Source: Acholeplasmataceae bacterium (GTDB lineage Bacteria; Bacillota_I; Bacilli_A; Acholeplasmatales; Acholeplasmataceae). Taken from it: DNA of 44,166 bases. Where the stretch lies: assembly GCA_003518475.1 (NCBI GenBank), contig DOYO01000023.1, forward strand, positions 11,071 through 55,236, given 5' to 3'. Under the pieces are notes generated by a model that saw nothing but the letters and a program-made list of their open reading frames with translations, searched no databases and was not told the DNA's origin. Within the stretch, counting starts at the first letter, position 1; each line of letters begins with the position of its first letter. Below are positions 9,082 to 18,034 of the stretch, piece by piece. Made by a program: the position numbers and the translations under genes.

Positions 9082-10938
9082 ATGAAAAAAACAAATATTG
9101 AAAGGTTAATTCAAATCTCAAAATATATGTTTTTTGATGCTATAGCAATCACAGTCACCTATTTTATGGCCATCTTCATGTTCATGGTCATTGAAGTTCC
9201 CTATGATCAAAACTCAATTATCTACGCACTCCCATTAGTTATCGTTTTCAAGTTAATTATTTTCTATTTTTCAGGCTTATACAAAATGCTGATTAATCAT
9301 GTCGGATTAGAGGATGTCATAAAGATTTCAATCGTTTCCGTTCTATCGAACGTCGTGATTGTCGTCTTCATAGCCATCACCAATGTCCAGTTCATGTATA
9401 AGTCGGCATATTTCTTTATCACGATTGCAGAAGTGGCATTGGTCACTCTTCCAAGAATCGCAAACCGCATCGTTGCTTACTTTAAAACCAATTTGGATTG
9501 GAATAGAGCTTTAGGCAAGAGAACGCTTATTGTTGGCGCAGGATCTGCCGGTGAGATGGTCGTTAAGGAAGTTTATAGAAATAAAGAATTAAACAATATG
9601 CCCATCGCTTTTTTGGACGATGATCCAAAAAAGATCGGAAATAGACTGACCGGCATTCAAATCATTGGTCCGATTGAAGATATCCAATTATTTATCGATC
9701 AATATCAAATTGAAGAAGTCATCATCGCCATCTCTGATTATCCAATTAAGAAGTTGAAGCACCTGATTGAATTGGTTGCAGCCAAGAACGTTAAGATGAA
9801 GAAACTATTATCCTTCACCGACATGGATAATAAAGACAGACCAAAAATCATCGATGTCAGAATCGAAGATTTATTAAATAGAGATGAAATCAAACTCGAT
9901 AGCACAGGTATTCAAGAATTTATTGAAGATGAAATTGTCTTGGTGACCGGAGGCGGTGGATCCATCGGCAGTGAACTCTGCAGACAAATCATCGAATTCA
10001 ATCCTAAACAGCTTATCATCTTTGATATCTATGAGAATAACGCATATGATATCCAGATGGAAATAGAAAGAAAATTTAAGAAGCTGAATAAGCCACTCAA
10101 TTTAAAAGTATTGATTGGCAGCGTCTATAATGAGAAGAGACTTGAAGAAGTGTTCAACACGTATAGACCAACCTTAGTGTTCCATGCAGCAGCTTACAAG
10201 CATGTCCCTTTGATGGAAGACAGCGCAGTTGAAGCAGTCAGAACAAATGTGCTTGGTACGCATAATACCGCGAAATTGGCAACGAAATACAACGTTAAGA
10301 AGTTTGTTTTGGTCAGCAGCGATAAAGCTGTCAGAAGCACCAATATCATGGGTGCGACAAAAAGATTCGCTGAACTCATCGTTGAAGAACAAAACAACCA
10401 CAACACATCAACAAAATTCTCAGCTGTCAGATTCGGTAACGTCTTAGGCAGCAACGGCAGTGTCATTCCGCTATTTAAGAAACAAATCGAAGATGGCGGT
10501 CCTGTTACAGTGACCGATCCTGAAATCACCAGATACTTCATGACCATTCCTGAAGCTGTTGGATTAATCCTTCAGTGCGCCGTTTACGCAAACGGCGGAG
10601 AAGTCTTTATTCTCGATATGGGCGAACCAGTCAAGATTAAGGATTTAGCTGAAAAGATGATCAGTTTGGCCGGATTTAAGCCTAATGTCGATATCAAGAT
10701 CGAGTATGTAGGTCTTCGTCCTGGTGAAAAGCTTTATGAAGAATTGATGATTGATCATTTGAATGAAACACATGATAAGACCAGTAATGATAAAATTTAT
10801 ATTGAAAAGCAGAAACATGTTGAAGAATCCTTATTGGATTTGGAACACATCAGGCTTTCATTTGAAGATCTATCCAATTATGAAGTTAAGAAGATGGTTT
10901 CAAAGATTATCACAACCTATAAAGTTAACGGAAAATAA
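9082..10938 (+). CDS. capD: Membrane-bound UDP-GlcNAc 4,6-dehydratase, CapD/PglF/WbpM family
   Basis: Four N-terminal TM segments, GAGSAG, TGGGGSIGSEL, HAAAYKHVP, SSDKAV, MGATK, RFGNVLGSNGSV, RPGEKLYEEL. Confidence 0.93.
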   Translation: MKKTNIERLIQISKYMFFDAIAITVTYFMAIFMFMVIEVPYDQNSIIYALPLVIVFKLIIFYFSGLYKMLINHVGLEDVIKISIVSVLSNVVIVVFIAITNVQFMYKSAYFFITIAEVALVTLPRIANRIVAYFKTNLDWNRALGKRTLIVGAGSAGEMVVKEVYRNKELNNMPIAFLDDDPKKIGNRLTGIQIIGPIEDIQLFIDQYQIEEVIIAISDYPIKKLKHLIELVAAKNVKMKKLLSFTDMDNKDRPKIIDVRIEDLLNRDEIKLDSTGIQEFIEDEIVLVTGGGGSIGSELCRQIIEFNPKQLIIFDIYENNAYDIQMEIERKFKKLNKPLNLKVLIGSVYNEKRLEEVFNTYRPTLVFHAAAYKHVPLMEDSAVEAVRTNVLGTHNTAKLATKYNVKKFVLVSSDKAVRSTNIMGATKRFAELIVEEQNNHNTSTKFSAVRFGNVLGSNGSVIPLFKKQIEDGGPVTVTDPEITRYFMTIPEAVGLILQCAVYANGGEVFILDMGEPVKIKDLAEKMISLAGFKPNVDIKIEYVGLRPGEKLYEELMIDHLNETHDKTSNDKIYIEKQKHVEESLLDLEHIRLSFEDLSNYEVKKMVSKIITTYKVNGK

Positions 10939-10945
10939 CAAAAAC

Positions 10946-10973
10946 GACAAGGACGAGAGTCTTTGTTTTTTTT
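10946..10973 (+). terminator. Intrinsic terminator of capD
   Basis: GACAAGGAC-GAGA-GTCTTTGTT followed by a T-run. Confidence 0.75.
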
Positions 10974-10976
10974 AAT

Positions 10977-11008
10977 AAAAGAACCTAGACAGGAGAGTTT
11001 TGTCTAGG
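10977..11008 (-). terminator. Probable intrinsic terminator of the 91-aa minus-strand gene
   Basis: Minus strand CCTAGACA-AAACTCTCC-TGTCTAGG-TTCTTTT. Confidence 0.6.
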
Positions 11009-11068
11009 CCTAAAAACCGTATTTTAGTTGAAGCGTTGATTCATGATCAATACTTTATTCATTGTAAT

Positions 11069-11404
11069 CAGTATTGGGACACGCAAATGATTATTATTTA
11101 ACGCTTTTATTATAAACTTTCAGTCTTTCTTCAGCAAGTTTCTTTTCTTCAATAGCATAACTCTTTTTGAATTCATATTCTTTACCTTTAAACTCTAAAT
11201 CATCAATCAAATCGTTGTATTTACAGATATCCTTTTCAGCATCAGCAACTTTCTTTTCCAGTTGATGTGGTTTGAAATTTGCGATTGCTTCTTTTGCATT
11301 TTCAAATTGCTTCTTGGTTTCTTCTTGTACTGCTTTAAAGCCACTTTCTAGTGATTCTCTTAAGCTCATGTTTTACCTCCATGGAATTGCATGTCCCAAA
11401 ACTG
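11069..11404. repeat. 18-bp imperfect inverted repeat pair (11069-11086 / 11387-11404) bracketing the 91-aa ORF
   Basis: CAGTATTGGGACACGCAA versus the reverse complement of 11387-11404, CAGTTTTGGGACATGCAA: 16/18 identical. Confidence 0.85.
11094..11369 (-). CDS. Small charged, probably coiled-coil hypothetical protein (91 aa)
   Basis: Strong RBS GGAGGT, tandem TAA stops, plausible promoter and terminator; E/K-rich helical composition; no family recognised. Confidence 0.75.
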   Translation of the reverse strand: MSLRESLESGFKAVQEETKKQFENAKEAIANFKPHQLEKKVADAEKDICKYNDLIDDLEFKGKEYEFKKSYAIEEKKLAEERLKVYNKSVK

Positions 11405-11417
11405 TATCAACAACTGC

Positions 11418-11446
11418 ATTTTACGTCTATTTGGCTCTATTTTCAC
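11418..11446 (-). promoter_or_regulatory. Putative sigma-A promoter of the 91-aa gene
   Basis: Minus strand GTGAAA-17 nt-TAAAAT. Confidence 0.5.
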
Positions 11447-12026
11447 ATTCACATAATCTGGTAAGGAAAAGATGGTTTCTGAAGGGAATAACAGAGATTA
11501 TTTGTTATGTTTATGGTTTGATATTGAAGAATATTTGCATTTATGATTAACTTTATACACATATGAGAAAAATAATATTTCATAAATTTCAAAATATTTT
11601 TTGTTAAGAAGTTTGACTATAAATATTACACATAATGCGCATATAAAAAAGTCAAATTTTTCATGTATAATGTATTTTCAACGCAATTTTTTCATATTAT
11701 TACTCGTTTTTATAGAGATAAAAGGCTAAACAGTCACAATATTTGACTTAATTACCATATTTTTAATTCTATTTATTTCTAATATTTAGACTGCATACTC
11801 TGCAACTTTTTATACTAATCATGAATTGTTACAGTTTGTTCTGGTTGCATATGAACATACTTTCTACCTTCATAAAACGAAAAACAGATCATATTCTCCG
11901 TTCAAAAAAGTGAATTGTAAATAAAAATATAAAAACAAGCTTCATCATCTACTTTTTCAATTGTAAGAAGTACATTTGTTGCTAATTTATGATAAAATAT
12001 GTTGTAAACACTCAGGAGGACATCTC

Positions 12027-13808
12027 ATGTGCGGTATTGTAGGATTCATCGGCAATAATGATGCTAAAAAAATAGTTCTTAACGGTTTAACAAGACTCGA
12101 ATACCGAGGATATGATTCTGCAGGTATGAGTCTTTTTAACAATAGATATCAAATTTTTGACGTTTACAAAGATGAAGGTCGTGTAGCAAAACTGGTAGAA
12201 TCTACAAAAAACAGTTCTTATTCCAATATTGGAATCGGGCATACACGCTGGGCGACCCACGGAAAAGTGAATAAAGAAAATTCACATCCTCATTATTCAC
12301 AATCACGTCGTTTCATCATCGTTCATAATGGAGTCATTGAAAACTATCAACAACTTAAAGATCAATATCTATCGCATTCAACTTTCATCAGTGAAACAGA
12401 CACAGAAGTTATTGCTCAACTCATCGAGACATTTTCCCAAACATTAAATGTTGAAAATGCTATTATAACAACACTAAAACTTCTTCATGGTTCATATGCG
12501 CTACTTGTTTTAGATTCCATGGATCCAGAAAAGATCTACGCAGCCAAATACAAAAGTCCTCTTATTGTAGGCAAAGGACCTGAAGGTATCACAATAGCAT
12601 CTGATCTTATGGCTCTAGTGGGCTATAGCGATGATTATCATGCTTTGGATGATAAATCGTTCGTCATCGCAACCCGCGATGATGTGCGTGTTTTTAATCT
12701 TAACCATGAATTGTTACCTCTGCATTTAAAAAAGATTGAAATAGATAATGCTGACACCGAGAAGGGTGAATTTGCACACTACATGCTTAAAGAAATTCAT
12801 GAACAACCTGCAGTTCTCCGCAGAATTGCTTCCAATTACTTTGATAAAGATAAGTCCTTGATTGACCCACAAATCATTCAATCGATTAAAGATTCTGATC
12901 GAGTCTATATCCTAGCAGCAGGAACATCCATGCATGCTGGTCTTATTGGTAAACAGTTATTTGAAAAGATGGCTTCAATACCAGTTGAAATTCATATCGC
13001 TTCAGAATTTGCTTATCAAAAACCTCTTCTTTCAAAAAAACCTTTCTTCATCCTCGTCACGCAAAGCGGTGAAACCGCTGATTTGCGTGCATGCTTAGTT
13101 GGAATCACTGAACAAAACTATAAAACGCTGACAATCACCAATGTTCCTACCTCAACGCTTGCAAGAGAAGCGACTTATTTTTTACAACTCTTTGCTGGTC
13201 CTGAAATTGCAGTAGCTTCCACGAAGGCATATGTGGCTCAGGTTGCTGTTTTAGCGATTCTCGCTTATGAGCTCTCATCAAAAAATGTCAATATCAAATA
13301 CGAATTAGGGATTGCTGCCGCAGCTATCGACACATTTCTAGATAGTCAAAAGCTTATTGATATTGTTCGCGAAAAGTTAACGCATCGTAATTGTTTCTAT
13401 ATCGGTAGAGGTTTAGATTACTTTGTAGGTCTTGAAGCATCATTAAAGCTTAAAGAAATCTCTTATATACAGACAGAAGGATTCGCTGCAGGAGAGTTAA
13501 AGCACGGCACCATCGCTTTAATCGAAGAGGGAACACCAGTCATCGCCTTAATCTCAGATCCACATATCAGTGGAAACACAAGAAGCAACCTAAAAGAAGT
13601 TCAAGCACGTGGAGCGAATACGCTTAAGATTGTCACTGAAGCTGTTCAACAAAAGAATGATGAAATCGTTCTCCCGAACGTCCATCCACTTTTAACACCA
13701 CTCATCATGGTTGTTCCAACTCAATTAATCGCTTATTATGCAGCTTTAGAACGCAGTTATGATATTGATAAACCAAGAAACCTAGCTAAAAGTGTTACAG
13801 TTGAATAA
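12027..13808 (+). CDS. glmS: Glutamine-fructose-6-phosphate aminotransferase
   Basis: True start MCGIVG at 12027 with RBS AGGAGG; LEYRGYDSAG, GHTRWATHG, SQ/TQSGETAD-type motif, C-terminal DKPRNLAKSVTVE. Confidence 0.97.
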   Translation: MCGIVGFIGNNDAKKIVLNGLTRLEYRGYDSAGMSLFNNRYQIFDVYKDEGRVAKLVESTKNSSYSNIGIGHTRWATHGKVNKENSHPHYSQSRRFIIVHNGVIENYQQLKDQYLSHSTFISETDTEVIAQLIETFSQTLNVENAIITTLKLLHGSYALLVLDSMDPEKIYAAKYKSPLIVGKGPEGITIASDLMALVGYSDDYHALDDKSFVIATRDDVRVFNLNHELLPLHLKKIEIDNADTEKGEFAHYMLKEIHEQPAVLRRIASNYFDKDKSLIDPQIIQSIKDSDRVYILAAGTSMHAGLIGKQLFEKMASIPVEIHIASEFAYQKPLLSKKPFFILVTQSGETADLRACLVGITEQNYKTLTITNVPTSTLAREATYFLQLFAGPEIAVASTKAYVAQVAVLAILAYELSSKNVNIKYELGIAAAAIDTFLDSQKLIDIVREKLTHRNCFYIGRGLDYFVGLEASLKLKEISYIQTEGFAAGELKHGTIALIEEGTPVIALISDPHISGNTRSNLKEVQARGANTLKIVTEAVQQKNDEIVLPNVHPLLTPLIMVVPTQLIAYYAALERSYDIDKPRNLAKSVTVE

Positions 13809-13834
13809 TCTTTATTTGAAGGGTGAACAGTAAT

Positions 13835-15142
13835 ATGGGAAAATACTTTGGTACAGATGGAATCCGAGGAGTTGCCTTTGAAAAACTAAATGCAGAACTC
13901 GCCTTTAGAGTTGGCCAAGCCATTTCTAATGTCTTAAAGTCTTCTACAGTCGTCATTGGCATGGATACGAGAGAATCATCACCGATGTTAGCATATAGCA
14001 TCGCAAATGGCATTCTATCCTCAGGATATGATGTTTTATTTGCTGGTGTTGTATCAACACCGATGATTGCTCACTACTCAAAAAAGAATAGTTTGGTCGG
14101 TGTCATGATTACTGCATCTCATAATCCATTTATGGACAATGGTATCAAGATTTTTAATAAGGGATTTAAGATGCTTGATGAAGATGAACTGATGATCGAA
14201 GATTTTATCGATCATGGCAACCCATTGATTAAAACATTTGGAAAAATTACGCTTTCAGATGATGTTAAGAAAGAATACCTGAACATTTATAATCAATTTG
14301 ACTTAAAACCGACTTCACTCAAGATTGGATTTGATAGCGCCAATGGCGCAACCTATCAAATCTCCAGAGAAATTATAGATAAACTTAATCCTGCTTCCAT
14401 CCAAATCAATGGTCAACCTGACGGAAGAAACGTCAACGTTGATTCCGGTTCAACCCACCCTGAGGCAATCATCAATCTTGTGAAATCTAAAAAGCTTGAT
14501 ATTGGATTCAGCTTTGATGGTGATGGTGATAGAATATTAGTTGTAGATAGTCAAGGCACACCTTATGATGGTGATATGCTTATCTACATCATAGGAACAT
14601 ACTTAAAGAAGACTAACAAACTCAACCATGATACAGTCGTTTTAACCAAAATGAGCAATCCTGGCATTTTAAAAGCATTATCTGATCAAAAGATCAAATA
14701 TTCTTTAACAGATGTCGGTGATAAGTACGTCGCTGATGAAATGCTTACCAAAGGATATACCATCGGTGGAGAATCATCTGGTCATATCATCTTATCCCAT
14801 CTTCTCCATTCAGGTGATGGACTACTTGTAGCTATTTATCTCTTACATATCCTATATGAATTGAACAAAAAACTACCTGAACTTATCAAATCAGTAGTAC
14901 TATACCCAATTAAAACAATCAATATCAAAAATATCAACAAAGCAGTCCTTAAGAAGGATTCAGTCATCTCAAAAGTTACTGAAACCAAAGTAAAATTAGG
15001 TCCTAACTCTTTACTACTCGTCAGACCAAGCGGCACTGAGCCGCTTGTCAGAGTTACAATCAGTTCCAAAGATCCAGTTCTTATGAATGAATTAGCAAAT
15101 CAATTGGTATTATTTATCCAAAAGGAAGGTGAAACGTTATGA
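13835..15142 (+). CDS. glmM: Phosphoglucosamine mutase
   Basis: KYFGTDGIRG, ITASHNP, FDGDGDR, GGESSGH, RPSGTEP; ATG 13835 fits RBS GAAGGGTG. Confidence 0.93.
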   Translation: MGKYFGTDGIRGVAFEKLNAELAFRVGQAISNVLKSSTVVIGMDTRESSPMLAYSIANGILSSGYDVLFAGVVSTPMIAHYSKKNSLVGVMITASHNPFMDNGIKIFNKGFKMLDEDELMIEDFIDHGNPLIKTFGKITLSDDVKKEYLNIYNQFDLKPTSLKIGFDSANGATYQISREIIDKLNPASIQINGQPDGRNVNVDSGSTHPEAIINLVKSKKLDIGFSFDGDGDRILVVDSQGTPYDGDMLIYIIGTYLKKTNKLNHDTVVLTKMSNPGILKALSDQKIKYSLTDVGDKYVADEMLTKGYTIGGESSGHIILSHLLHSGDGLLVAIYLLHILYELNKKLPELIKSVVLYPIKTINIKNINKAVLKKDSVISKVTETKVKLGPNSLLLVRPSGTEPLVRVTISSKDPVLMNELANQLVLFIQKEGETL

Positions 15143-16515
15143 AGAAATACGCTTTAATCCTCGCTGCAGGCAAGGGAACCCGCATGCGTACTGAACTCCC
15201 AAAATGCGCTTTTCCAATTTTAAAGAAACCCATGATTGAATACATCATTGAAAACATTGAAAAGAGTACAATTGATGAAACAGTTGTTATTGTCGGTCAT
15301 AAGAAAGAAGTCCTAGAAGACCTTTTAGGTGACCGAGTCACCTATGCCTATCAGGCTGAACAGCTTGGCACAGGCCATGCAGTCTTATCAGCAGCACCTG
15401 TTCTAGAGGATAAAGAAGGAACTACCTTCATTCTTCCTGGAGATATGCCTTTGATGGAATATCCTTTGATGAATAAAATTTTACGCGCTCATGAAGAAAT
15501 GGGTAATGATTTGACGATTGTCTCGATGATTATGGAGTATCCCAAGGGGTATGGCCGTATCGTCCGTGACGAGTACGGCGAAATCACTGGCATCGTCGAA
15601 GAAAATGACTGTAATGATTCCCAAAAGCTGATTCAAGAAGTCAATTCATCTGTCTATATCGTCAATAACAAGCTTTTATTTGAATATGTCAAGAAGATTA
15701 AGAGGAATGAGCGTAAAGGCGAATTCTATCTAACTGATATCGTCGCTTTAATGCATCAGGAACAAAAGGTCAATACCTTTATCGTCCGTAATCCAATGAT
15801 TACCATGGGTATCAATGATCTTTATGGCATCAGCATCGCAGAAAAATTCTTACGTGATTCCATCAATAGAGGTCATATGCTTGCCGGTGTATCCATCGTC
15901 AACCCAGAAACAGTCACAATCGGTCATAACGTCATCATTGAAGAGGGTGTTTGGATTTATCCGAACACAACCCTGATGGGCCATACCATCATCAAAAAAG
16001 GTGCGATGATTGGACCAAACACTGAAATTGTAGATTCTCTCATCCATGAAAAAGCTGAAATCAGACATAGTATCGTCTTAGACTCAGAAGTCGGTGAAAA
16101 TACAACCGTTGGACCATTCGCTCACTTAAGAGGACATGCTGTGATCGGTAAGAACAACCGTATCGGTAACTTCGTTGAAGTGAAGAAGTCATCTACGGGT
16201 GAAGGCACGAAAGCAGCACATCTTATTTACCTGGGAGATTCAACTATCGGTAAGAACGTTAACTTCGGATGTGGATCTGTTACCGTGAATTATGATGGTT
16301 TGAAGAAGCACCAAACCGTCATCGGCGATGACGTGTTCGTTGGATGTAACGTGAACTTAGTTGCTCCAATCAACATCGGAGATCGTGTGTTCATTGCGGC
16401 TGGTTCAACAGTGACTCAAGATATTCCATCTGGCGCTCTTGCTATCGCCCGTAACCGTCAGATTAATAAAGAGGATTACGCGAAGCATTTTATTAAACCA
16501 AAAGAAGACAAATAA
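15139..16515 (+). CDS. glmU: Bifunctional UDP-GlcNAc pyrophosphorylase / glucosamine-1-P acetyltransferase
   Basis: ILAAGKGTRM, EQLGTGHAV, GEFYLTD, hexapeptide repeats, GNFVEVK, NYDG. Confidence 0.96.
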   Translation: MKKYALILAAGKGTRMRTELPKCAFPILKKPMIEYIIENIEKSTIDETVVIVGHKKEVLEDLLGDRVTYAYQAEQLGTGHAVLSAAPVLEDKEGTTFILPGDMPLMEYPLMNKILRAHEEMGNDLTIVSMIMEYPKGYGRIVRDEYGEITGIVEENDCNDSQKLIQEVNSSVYIVNNKLLFEYVKKIKRNERKGEFYLTDIVALMHQEQKVNTFIVRNPMITMGINDLYGISIAEKFLRDSINRGHMLAGVSIVNPETVTIGHNVIIEEGVWIYPNTTLMGHTIIKKGAMIGPNTEIVDSLIHEKAEIRHSIVLDSEVGENTTVGPFAHLRGHAVIGKNNRIGNFVEVKKSSTGEGTKAAHLIYLGDSTIGKNVNFGCGSVTVNYDGLKKHQTVIGDDVFVGCNVNLVAPINIGDRVFIAAGSTVTQDIPSGALAIARNRQINKEDYAKHFIKPKEDK

Positions 16516-16532
16516 GTTAATCAATTGTAAAG

Positions 16533-16585
16533 AATGTCAATATTTATGTATTCGTATTGACATTTTTTATTTATAATTGTAAAAT
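16533..16585 (+). promoter_or_regulatory. Hairpin after glmU whose right arm contains the -35 of a consensus glnA promoter
   Basis: AATGTCAATA (16533-42) / TATTGACATT (16555-64) plus T-run; TTGACA (16557-62) -17 nt- TAAAAT (16580-85). Confidence 0.65.
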
Positions 16586-16608
16586 TCTTCTTGAAAGAGG
16601 GGTTTATT

Positions 16609-17955
16609 ATGAAAAATAATACAAGAGCAGATATTTTAAAGAGTGCGAAAGAAAATGATGTGAGGTACATCAGACTACAATTTACAGATATGTTAGGCAC
16701 AGTAAAAAACGTTGAAATTCCAATTAATAATCTTGAAAAAGCTTTAGCGAATGAAGTTATGTTTGACGGTTCATCGATTCAAGGATTTGTCAGAATCGAC
16801 GAAGCGGATATGTATCTTTATCCTGATCTATCGACATGGTTGATCCTCGAATGGGAAACCACTCCATCTGCAGCTGGCAAGGTTGCCAGATTGATTTGTG
16901 ATATTTATACAACCTCTCACGTTCCTTTTGAAGGAGATCCTAGGTTCATCCTGAAAAGAAATCTTGCTGAACTCAAAAAATTAGGTTACGACAAGTTCAA
17001 TGTCGGTGTTGAACCTGAATTCTTCTTATTTAAATTAGATGAACATGGAAAACCAACCATGGAGTTCTCCGATTTAGGAGGATACTTTGATTTAGCTCCA
17101 ATTGATGGATCTGAAGACGTCAGACGTGATATCGTTCTTGAACTTGAAAAGATGAACTTTGAAATGGAAGTATCACACCATGAGGTTGCGTATGGACAGC
17201 ATGAAATCAATTTCCATTTTGATAATGCTCTTGAAGCATGTGATAACATCCAAACTTTTAAAATCTTAGTTAAAAATGTTGCTAGACGCCACGGGTATCA
17301 CGCAACCTTCATGCCAAAACCAGTTCAGGGCATCAACGGATCAGGGATGCATACCAATTGCTCTATTTCAGATGTTGAAGGTAATAATTTATTCTATGAT
17401 CCAAATACTGAAAACCAACTCTCACAAACAGCGCTCCGTTTCATCGCTGGCGTGATGAAACATGCGCAGGAATTCGCATTAGTCACGAATCCTACCGTAA
17501 ACTCTTATAAGAGGCTCGTTCCAGGCTATGAGGCTCCATGTTACATTTCATGGTCTGATGCGAACCGTTCAACAATGATCCGTATTCCAGCAGCCCGCGG
17601 TAAAGCGACGCGTGTTGAAGTGCGTTCCGTTGACCCGTCAGCCAATCCATATTTAGCGATGAGTGCGCTGCTTGCTGCAGGTTTAGATGGAATCCGTTCA
17701 GAAATTGATGGAATATCACCCATAAAGAAGAACCTGTTCAAGATGTCAGAACAAGAAAGAAAACGTTTAGGGATCCGCAATCTTCCTGAAAGTCTTCGTG
17801 AAGCCATTGAAAACTTCTCCAATTCAACCATGATGAAGGAAGCGATCGGTGAAATTTTATGGAGTAAACTCATTGAAGCGAAGACCAAAGAGTGGGATGA
17901 ATATAAGATGAAAGTCACTCAATGGGAATTAGACAAGTATTTACCTATTATTTAA
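16609..17955 (+). CDS. glnA: Glutamine synthetase type I-alpha
   Basis: [58 protein letters not shown]; RBS AGAGGGG favours ATG 16609. Confidence 0.96.
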   Translation: MKNNTRADILKSAKENDVRYIRLQFTDMLGTVKNVEIPINNLEKALANEVMFDGSSIQGFVRIDEADMYLYPDLSTWLILEWETTPSAAGKVARLICDIYTTSHVPFEGDPRFILKRNLAELKKLGYDKFNVGVEPEFFLFKLDEHGKPTMEFSDLGGYFDLAPIDGSEDVRRDIVLELEKMNFEMEVSHHEVAYGQHEINFHFDNALEACDNIQTFKILVKNVARRHGYHATFMPKPVQGINGSGMHTNCSISDVEGNNLFYDPNTENQLSQTALRFIAGVMKHAQEFALVTNPTVNSYKRLVPGYEAPCYISWSDANRSTMIRIPAARGKATRVEVRSVDPSANPYLAMSALLAAGLDGIRSEIDGISPIKKNLFKMSEQERKRLGIRNLPESLREAIENFSNSTMMKEAIGEILWSKLIEAKTKEWDEYKMKVTQWELDKYLPII

Positions 17956-17962
17956 CATAGTT

Positions 17963-17985
17963 ACGCCAAGCAATTGGCGTTTTTT
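17963..17985 (+). terminator. Intrinsic terminator of glnA
   Basis: ACGCCAA-gcaa-TTGGCGT-TTTTT. Confidence 0.8.
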
Positions 17986-18034
17986 CTTTCCTATGTTATA
18001 ATTATTTCAAAGAAAAAAAGAAAAAGGGGACCCT

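Noticed and set aside
11000-11090. GGCCTAA and GGGACACGCAAA words reminiscent of a c-di-GMP-I riboswitch
   Set aside because: The words are in the wrong order, there is no GAAA-tetraloop P2 stem, and they are not in a 5' leader on that strand.
11272-11550. 92-aa plus-strand ORF overlapping the 91-aa gene
   Set aside because: TTG start without an RBS; it overlaps the better-supported minus-strand gene and its promoter.
11625-11652. dif-like 28-mer on the minus strand (ACTTTTTTATA-TGCGCA-TTATGTGTAAT)
   Set aside because: One arm resembles a XerD site but the other is poor. Genes on both sides are mostly plus-strand, which does not suggest a terminus, and AT-rich DNA gives such matches by chance.
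11450-12000. Possible replication origin (AT-rich gap with a DnaA-box-like 9-mer)
   Set aside because: Only one box-like match, and no dnaA, dnaN or rpmH nearby.
11976-12026. Track's upstream extension of glmS (and similar extensions at 7202, 16591, 22065, 31058, 37057)
   Set aside because: GlmS needs Cys at position 2, and RBS positions support the downstream starts.
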